Assembly: GCA_002254285.1 (NCBI GenBank)
Contig: NIUZ01000001.1
Location: 701 to 64,700, forward strand
Reading direction: 5' to 3'
DNA: 64,000 nt
Origin: Bacteroidetes bacterium 4572_112
GTDB lineage: Bacteria > Bacteroidota > Bacteroidia > Bacteroidales > UBA1556
Below are positions 57,993-64,000 of this stretch, piece by piece; the first letter of the stretch is position 1; each line of letters begins with the position of its first letter. Both the position numbers and the translations under genes were made by a program. The notes below the pieces were generated by a model. That model was not told the DNA's origin, did no database searches, and saw nothing but the letters and a program-made list of their open reading frames with translations.

Positions 57993-58934
57993 TTATTTTA
58001 TAATTCTAGTTCCAGCGCCTTCTTTTTTCAATAATCGAGCATCAGTAATCACTGTTTCGGCACCACCATTTTCCACAAACTGAATTCCAGCTCTTACCTT
58101 TGGAGCCATGCTACCTTCGGTAAACTGTCCATCAGCAAGGTGCTTTGAGATCTCTTCTATAGTTATTGTTTTAAGTTTTTCTTGCTCAGGAGTGTTGAAG
58201 TTTACCATTACATTTGTAATATCGGTAAGGATAAAAAATGCATCAGCTTTGATATTTGTTGCCAAAGTTGAAGAAGCCAAATCTTTGTCAATTACAGCGT
58301 CAATACCTTCAAATTTACCGTTTTTCTTCATTATTGCAGGAATTCCTCCACCACCAACAGTAATCACAATATTGCCTTGGCGAGCAAGTGTTTCCACTAC
58401 TTCCCAATTGCTAATATCTTTTGGCTTTGGTGAAGCAACAACTCTACGCCATCCTCTACCTGCAGGGTCTTCGTTGAATTTCCAGCCTTGCTGCTCAGTC
58501 ATTTTTTCCTTTTCTTCTTCAGAATAATAAGGGCCAACAGGTTTTGTTGGATTTGAGAAAGCAGGATCTTTTTCATCAACAAGAACTTGTGTAATTAAAG
58601 CTACAATGTTCTTCTTAATTCCTCGCTCAGCAAGTACATTACGCATTTGCTGCTCAATCATATATCCTATTGAACCTTGAGTTTCGGCAACGCAAATATC
58701 CATTGGCTGCTTAGGAATACCAAACTCTTTGAATCCAGCTTCGTGCTGTAAAAGCACATTACCTACCTGAGGACCATTGCCATGAGCAATTACAAGATTA
58801 TAACCTTGATCAAGTAAATCAGCTACCTCATCACATGCCGCAAAAATATTTTCTTCTTGCTCGCTGATACTTCCTTTCTGTCCGCTTTTTAATAATGCGT
58901 TTCCGCCTAAAGCTACTACTGCTAATTTTTTCAT
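57993..58934 (-). CDS. arcC: Carbamate kinase
   Basis: VVALGGNAL, HGNGPQVG and GGGGIP motifs. 313 aa. Confidence 0.92.
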   Translation of the reverse strand: MKKLAVVALGGNALLKSGQKGSISEQEENIFAACDEVADLLDQGYNLVIAHGNGPQVGNVLLQHEAGFKEFGIPKQPMDICVAETQGSIGYMIEQQMRNVLAERGIKKNIVALITQVLVDEKDPAFSNPTKPVGPYYSEEEKEKMTEQQGWKFNEDPAGRGWRRVVASPKPKDISNWEVVETLARQGNIVITVGGGGIPAIMKKNGKFEGIDAVIDKDLASSTLATNIKADAFFILTDITNVMVNFNTPEQEKLKTITIEEISKHLADGQFTEGSMAPKVRAGIQFVENGGAETVITDARLLKKEGAGTRIIK

Positions 58935-59098
58935 ATCAATAAAAAATTATTTATTCAATACAAATACTATGTATCAAAAAATTGTTTTAAAATGTGTATA
59001 ATTGATAGGTGGAGGAAGGACAGTCTTCTATATTAACACTCCACTATGTTATCTTTAATTTTCCCCTCTGAATTAGTAAGACATATTTCAGAGGCTTG

Positions 59099-59106
59099 CA
59101 AAAATA
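59099..59106 (-). promoter_or_regulatory. -7 promoter box (TAnnTTTG) of the arcC-arcB operon
   Basis: The minus strand reads TATTTTTG, about 165 nt upstream of the arcC ATG. The hairpin cctctgaa/ttcagagg (59065-59094) follows immediately. Confidence 0.4.
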
Positions 59107-59189
59107 ACAATATTTACGAGAAAAGATAATTTTTGTGAAAAATTAATAATTCAATAAAATGATTGCGTTTAGTCAATGGTTTTTTGAGA

Positions 59190-59320
59190 AGGATAAAGGG
59201 CCCCCGATAGGAATCGGGAGGATAGAGGACCCCGATGGGAATCGGGAGGAAAAAGGGGAAGGACAAGGATAAAGGATAAGGACAAGGATAAAGGACCCCG
59301 ATAGGAATCGGGAGGAAAGA
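59190..59320. repeat. Cluster of three 20-nt mini-hairpin repeats plus a 16-nt direct repeat
   Basis: ccccgat(a/g)ggaatcgggagg occurs at 59202-59221, 59230-59249 and 59296-59315, each with a cccgat/atcggg stem. ggacaaggataaagga occurs at 59261-59276 and 59280-59295. Confidence 0.85.
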
Positions 59321-59425
59321 GGTTAGTTTGATAATGGTTTGAACTTTTGATGTTCTATTTGTAATTCGATTAAACAAATCAACAATTAAACAAATCACCA
59401 TCAAAGAAAACCGGTAATAGGTATT

Positions 59426-59467
59426 TTAGCCCTTAGCCTTTAGCCTTTAGCCCTTAGCCCTTAGCCC
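59426..59467. repeat. Heptanucleotide tandem repeat TTAGCC(C/T) x6 abutting the mtaB stop codon
   Basis: Read directly. The last unit (59461-59467) supplies the TAA stop and the final Gly codon of mtaB on the minus strand. Confidence 0.9.
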
Positions 59468-60744
59468 AGCCAAAACCCATCTTCATATTCTTTATCCAAC
59501 ACAACATCAACAATGCTATTTACAAGTTTTTCGTCATATTTTGCATATACCTTAATATAGTTGTCGGTCCAGCCAGAGATTATTCCATCGGTATTGCTGT
59601 TTTCAAAAAGAACTTTATGCTTGCTGCCAATACTCTGTTTATAAAATACATCTTTCTTTTTTTCTGAGAGAATATGTAATTGCTGACTTCTACGTTTTTT
59701 CTCCAAATTTGGCACTTGCTCATTTATTTTTAGAGCAAAGGTGTTTTTGCGCTGTGAGTATGTAAATGTATGTATATAAGAAAGTTCTAACTTTTCTACA
59801 AACGCCATTGTATCGTTAAAGTCCTGCTGTGTTTCAGTAGGGAAACCTATAATTATATCAGCTGCAATACATGCATTAGGAAGTAGTTCTTTAATTTTAG
59901 CAACTCTGCCAGCATAAAGCTCGGTATCGTAAAAACGCTTCATGTCTTTCAGTATTTTATCACATCCGCTCTGCATTGGCAGATGAAAATGCGGTAAAAA
60001 AACATCAGATTTTGCTACTAGCTCAATAATCTCATCAGTAAGTAACTCTGGCTCTACCGACGAAATACGGATTCTTTCAATTCCGTCAACTTTTTCAAGC
60101 TCCACCAATAAATCGTAAAAATTTTCGGTACTTCCTTTTCCAAAATCACCAATATTTACTCCAGTAAGGATTATTTCTTTGGCACCCTCTTGAGCTACTT
60201 GCTTTGCTACTTCAATGGTTTTGGCAACAGATACACTTCTTGAGCGACCTCTAGCCATTGGGATAGAGCAGTATGTGCAAAAATGATCGCAACCATCTTG
60301 CACTTTTAAGAAACTTCGGGTTCTATCTCCTGATGAAAAAGATGGGATAAAGCGCTTTATTTTTCCAATATCGGCAACGTATACCTCTGTGGCTCTGTCG
60401 GAGTTAGGGTTTTGAATATATTCTACAATATTATACTTATCGTCGTTGCCCAATACCATATCCACATATTCGAGTTCACTCAATTTTTCGGGACTAAGCT
60501 GCGAGAAACATCCAATAACACTAACTTTGGAATCAGCATTTCTTTTCTTTGCCTGTTTGGCAGCAGTTTTGGTCTTTTTTTCAGCAAGCTGAGTTACCGA
60601 GCACGAGTTTATGACATAATAATCAGCCTCGTCTTTAAAATCGACTACCTCAAAATCTGATTCGGGAAACATCTTACGAATGGTAGAAGTTTCCGAATAA
60701 TTAAGTTTACAACCTAATGTATGAAATGCTATTTTCTTTTTCAA
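59461..60744 (-). CDS. mtaB: tRNA t6A37 methylthiotransferase MtaB (MiaB-like radical SAM), TTG start
   Basis: N-terminus KIAFHTLGCKLNYSETS (UPF0004 domain), radical SAM CDHFCTYC, and a C-terminal TRAM-like region. The first codon reads TTG on the minus strand. Confidence 0.82.
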   Translation of the reverse strand: MKKKIAFHTLGCKLNYSETSTIRKMFPESDFEVVDFKDEADYYVINSCSVTQLAEKKTKTAAKQAKKRNADSKVSVIGCFSQLSPEKLSELEYVDMVLGNDDKYNIVEYIQNPNSDRATEVYVADIGKIKRFIPSFSSGDRTRSFLKVQDGCDHFCTYCSIPMARGRSRSVSVAKTIEVAKQVAQEGAKEIILTGVNIGDFGKGSTENFYDLLVELEKVDGIERIRISSVEPELLTDEIIELVAKSDVFLPHFHLPMQSGCDKILKDMKRFYDTELYAGRVAKIKELLPNACIAADIIIGFPTETQQDFNDTMAFVEKLELSYIHTFTYSQRKNTFALKINEQVPNLEKKRRSQQLHILSEKKKDVFYKQSIGSKHKVLFENSNTDGIISGWTDNYIKVYAKYDEKLVNSIVDVVLDKEYEDGFWLG

Positions 60745-60770
60745 TGTTATTTATGCTTATTAATTTGCGG

Positions 60771-60778
60771 CAAAGATA
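60771..60778 (-). promoter_or_regulatory. -7 promoter box (TAnnTTTG) of mtaB
   Basis: The minus strand reads TATCTTTG, 27 nt upstream of the mtaB start. Confidence 0.45.
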
Positions 60779-61047
60779 GTGCTTACATTGATAAATTGTC
60801 AAATTATTAAATTACTAAATTGTAATATTTATATTAAATCCAGTATTTTATACTATGATGTTTATAAATTCAGGGTAAACGTTTTTTAGATAATAGCACT
60901 ATATGCTAAATGGTTTTAACTGATTATTCAAAGCCGTTAAATGCCTGATAAGATATGATATACAACCGCAAAAAAAACGTCAATTAATCATTAACAATTA
61001 ACAATCAAGCATTAATAATTAAGCATTAATAATTAAACTATAATCCC

Positions 61048-61055
61048 TATATTTG
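61048..61055 (+). promoter_or_regulatory. -7 promoter box (TAnnTTTG) of the M23 peptidase gene
   Basis: TATATTTG lies 23 nt upstream of the ATG at 61078. Confidence 0.45.
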
Positions 61056-61077
61056 CGGCAAATAATTTAAGCAATCA

Positions 61078-61855
61078 ATGAGTGCAAAAAAACAGGATAA
61101 AAACCTTATAAAGAATATATTTTCCAATATACATTTTAAGTATAAGATAGTGGTAACTAATGAGTCAACCTTTGAGGAAGCTCTAAGTTTTAGATTATCG
61201 CGAATGAATATATTTATGCTGTTTGGTGTGGTAACTATTATTTCAATTGCATTTACCATTTTTATGATTTGGATTACTCCTCTAAAAGAGTATATTCCGG
61301 GTTATGCAAGTGTGGATAGATGAGAATGATTCAATATTACCTGCTATTAGTGATGATATTGATTACGATAATATTCCTGATGTAAAAACTGAGAGAGAAA
61401 AGCAACTTCGCAAGGAGTGGGATAATGTAAACGACTATGACCTGGTTTATGCCAATAATAAAGGCTTGACAAAAGGGATTGGCCGTTTTGTGTTTTATAC
61501 ACCGGTGCACGGTATTATTAGTAATGGCTTTGATGCTGAAAAATCGCATTTTGGAATTGATATAATTTGTAAAAAAGATGAAACAATTAAATCTACCCTT
61601 GATGGTAGAGTTATTTTTTCGGAATGGACATATCAAGGTGGTTATGTGATAACTGTTCAGCATGATGATGATTTGGTAAGTATTTATAAGCATAATGCAC
61701 GGCTACTTAAAAAACAAGGAGATATAGTAAAAGCTGGCGACCCTATTGCAATTGTTGGAAATACGGGTAAATTAACCTCAGGCTTGCACTTGCATTTCGA
61801 ACTGTGGTATAAAAACAGTGCGGTAAACCCTTCAGATTTTATTAGTTTTAATTAA
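61078..61855 (+). pseudogene. M23 family metallopeptidase split by a +1 frameshift near 61286-61323
   Basis: ORF 61078-61323 encodes the N-terminal membrane anchor (...LKEYIPGYASVDR*). ORF 61304-61855, in the next frame, encodes the M23 domain (HFGIDI, GNTG.LTSGLHLHFELW). The frames overlap by 38 nt, and removing one nucleotide near 61318 would fuse them. Confidence 0.6.
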
Positions 61856-61877
61856 AATTCTATTCAAAAAACATTTC

Positions 61878-63050
61878 ATGCAAAATATTCAAGAAGAGAA
61901 TCAGAGAAAAAGAATAGCAATATTAGGATCTACTGGTTCAATAGGTACTCAAGCATTAGAGGTTGTATCTGAGCATGAACATATGTTTGAGGTGGAGGTT
62001 TTAACAGCAGGAAATAATGTTGATTTGCTTATTCAGCAGTGCCTAAAATATAAGCCAAATGTGGCTGTAATTGAAAATGAGGATTTGTATGCTAGGCTTC
62101 AGGATGCATTGCAAAATGAGGATATACAGATTTATGCAGGAAAAAAAGCCATTGACCAGGTTGTAGAAATGGGCAGCATTGATATGGTGCTGATGGCTAT
62201 TGTTGGTTTTGCCGCTTTGGCACCTACATTAAATGCCATTGAGCATAAAAAACAAATTGCCATAGCAAATAAGGAAACATTTGTTGTGGCAGGCGAAATA
62301 GTTACTCGCAAAGCAATGGAAAATGGGGTAAACCTTTATCCTGTGGATTCTGAGCATTCAGCAATATTTCAATGCTTGGTAGGTGAGTTTCATAACCCCA
62401 TAGAAAAAATTATTCTTACAGCTTCGGGAGGACCTTTCCGTGGCAAGGATATTGATTTTTTACGAACAGTAAAGCCAAAAGATGCTCTTAAACATCCAAA
62501 TTGGGATATGGGAGCAAAGATTACTATTGACTCGGCAAGTATGATGAATAAAGGCCTTGAGGTAATAGAAGCAAAATGGTTATTTGGTGTTAAAACCAGT
62601 CAGATTGATGTTTTGGTACATCCACAGTCAATTGTGCATTCTATGGTACAATTTGAGGATGGAAGCATAAAAGCACAACTTGGTTTGCCAGATATGAAGT
62701 TGCCTATTCAGTACGCAATGGCCTATCCTCAGAGGGTGAAAAATAATTTCCCAAGATTAGATTTTAAAGATTTCAGCAAGCTTACTTTTGAGTCTGCTGA
62801 TATGCAAAATTTTCGTAACCTTGCACTTGCTTTTGAAGCATTGGAAAAAGGTGGTAATATGGCCGCTATTCTCAATGCTGCAAATGAAGTTGCAGTAAGT
62901 GCCTTTTTGAAAGAAAAGGTGGGATTTGTGCAAATGTCGGAATTGATAGAGAAGTGTATGAATAAGGTATCGTTTATAGCGAAGCCAACATATAATGACC
63001 TATTGCAGACGGATATAGAAGCGCGAAAATGTTTTAATAGTTTTATTTAG
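61878..63050 (+). CDS. dxr: 1-deoxy-D-xylulose 5-phosphate reductoisomerase
   Basis: ILGSTGSIGTQAL NADPH motif, with LANKE-type (IANKE), DSEHSA and HPNW.MG.KITIDSA motifs. Confidence 0.95.
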   Translation: MQNIQEENQRKRIAILGSTGSIGTQALEVVSEHEHMFEVEVLTAGNNVDLLIQQCLKYKPNVAVIENEDLYARLQDALQNEDIQIYAGKKAIDQVVEMGSIDMVLMAIVGFAALAPTLNAIEHKKQIAIANKETFVVAGEIVTRKAMENGVNLYPVDSEHSAIFQCLVGEFHNPIEKIILTASGGPFRGKDIDFLRTVKPKDALKHPNWDMGAKITIDSASMMNKGLEVIEAKWLFGVKTSQIDVLVHPQSIVHSMVQFEDGSIKAQLGLPDMKLPIQYAMAYPQRVKNNFPRLDFKDFSKLTFESADMQNFRNLALAFEALEKGGNMAAILNAANEVAVSAFLKEKVGFVQMSELIEKCMNKVSFIAKPTYNDLLQTDIEARKCFNSFI

Positions 63051-63072
63051 AAATAAGTTTTAGAAGATATAT

Positions 63073-64000
63073 ATGGACGGATTAGTAATGGCGGGTCAAT
63101 TGATCCTAGGCCTTTCAATAATAGTAACACTGCACGAATTAGGTCATTTTTTGGCTGCTCGTGCTTTTGGCATTAGAGTAGAAAAGTTTTATCTATTTTT
63201 TGATGCTTGGGGTGTAAAACTCTTTAGTTTCAAAAAAGGAGACACAGAATACGGTATCGGTTGGTTGCCTCTAGGGGGTTATGTAAAAATTGCTGGTATG
63301 GTTGACGAGTCAATGGATAAAGAAGCAATGAAACTACCTCCTAAGGCGGATGAATTTAGATCTAAGCCAGCATGGCAGCGTTTAATTGTAATGATTGGTG
63401 GAGTGGTAGTAAACTTTATTTTAGGAGTTGTTATTCTTGCATTTATTACTCTGCATTACGATAAAGAATACCTCCCTGTTGATTCCATTGATAATGGTAT
63501 TTATGCCTACGAATTAGGTAAAGAAGTTGGCTTCGAAACTGGCGATAAAATTATTGCTGTTAATGGCAGTAAAATTGATCGCTTTAGCGATATTACTTCG
63601 CAAAGCAACCTTATGGGGGCTTCAATTACAGTGCTTCGTAATGGCGAAGAAGTTGAGGTGATAATCCCTGACGATTTTTATAAAAACTATACCAAAAAGA
63701 CAAAGCCACTTTTTATCCGTGCTGATAATTATGAGTTTGTAATTGATAGTGTGGTTCCTGGTTTTGCTGGAGAAGCAGCAGGGCTACAGAAGGAAGATAA
63801 AGTTATTTCCATAAATAACACATTTGTAGGAAGTTTTGGTGAATTCAGAAGCGTTATTATAGAAAATGGTGGTAATGATGTAGTTATGACCTTACTTCGC
63901 CAGAATGATACTCTTGATTTAACTGTAAGTGTTGATAGCTCAGGTATAATTGGAGTTGTGGCAATGCGCCCTCCATACGAATATAAGGAGTATAGCATGG
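63073..64000 (+). CDS. rseP: RIP metalloprotease RseP (site-2 protease), 3' end cut by the window edge
   Basis: Not in the supplied ORF track. I translated it by hand from the ATG at 63073 with no stop before the window end. It has HELGHF (HExxH) in the first TM segment, GWLPLGGYVKIAGM, and two PDZ-like regions. Confidence 0.88.
   Translation, partial: MDGLVMAGQLILGLSIIVTLHELGHFLAARAFGIRVEKFYLFFDAWGVKLFSFKKGDTEYGIGWLPLGGYVKIAGMVDESMDKEAMKLPPKADEFRSKPAWQRLIVMIGGVVVNFILGVVILAFITLHYDKEYLPVDSIDNGIYAYELGKEVGFETGDKIIAVNGSKIDRFSDITSQSNLMGASITVLRNGEEVEVIIPDDFYKNYTKKTKPLFIRADNYEFVIDSVVPGFAGEAAGLQKEDKVISINNTFVGSFGEFRSVIIENGGNDVVMTLLRQNDTLDLTVSVDSSGIIGVVAMRPPYEYKEYSM

Noticed and set aside
58108-58527. 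139-aa ORF antisense to arcC. Similar shadow ORFs occur at 2062-2385, 23149-23619, 27657-28022, 31886-32272, 36316-36528, 40625-40885, 61337-61693 and 63729-63998.
   Set aside because: All are embedded antisense in well-supported genes and have junk-like composition. None has an independent promoter box or motif.
59190-59320. Possible CRISPR array
   Set aside because: There are only three 20-nt repeats with very unequal gaps (8 and 46 nt). The larger gap is itself filled by another direct repeat, and no cas genes are present in the window.
59114-59404. 96-aa minus-strand ORF (PIPIGVLYP repeated)
   Set aside because: It consists of translated mini-hairpin and direct repeats and shows low-complexity repeat-driven composition. 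It is not a credible gene.

Overview
Low-GC chromosomal segment from a Bacteroidota bacterium. The phylum call rests on four cargo proteins with type-A T9SS C-terminal sorting domains and one with a type-B domain, TAnnTTTG -7 promoter boxes in front of many genes, and GldE/LptC/PpiD-type envelope genes. Most of the window is conserved housekeeping: ileS, a dksA-like gene, lspA, mqnD, tRNA-Phe, coaX, rdgB, heptose genes, recA, bcp, pnuC, arcB-arcC, mtaB, dxr and rseP. I found no integrase, transposase, phage gene, CRISPR array or recognisable defence gene. Three compact clusters look like the best candidates for uncharacterised systems. (1) 5.7-10.0 kb is a seven-gene operon behind a perfect palindromic operator: a DUF134 regulator, two MinD-type ATPases with inserted 2x[4Fe-4S] ferredoxin motifs, two NifX-like proteins, a PNPOx-like flavoprotein and one orphan protein. 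(2) 38.9-44.3 kb is a divergent envelope cluster: a TlpA-like CxxC redoxin, an outer-membrane beta-barrel, an Omp28-like CxxC lipoprotein, and a T9SS cargo with the same CxxC N-domain. (3) 53.9-56.2 kb pairs a small SRPBCC-like protein with a RiPP-maturase-like B12-binding radical SAM enzyme that has an atypical Cx4Cx2C motif. The intergenic DNA also carries a mosaic of short repeat families. These include a 38-nt perfect inverted repeat pair bracketing 19.6 kb that contains recA, palindromic REP-like elements, triple mini-hairpins and heptamer arrays. There is also a GC-enriched ORF-free block upstream of ileS and a frameshifted M23 peptidase gene. All family assignments come from motif recognition by eye. 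No searches were run.
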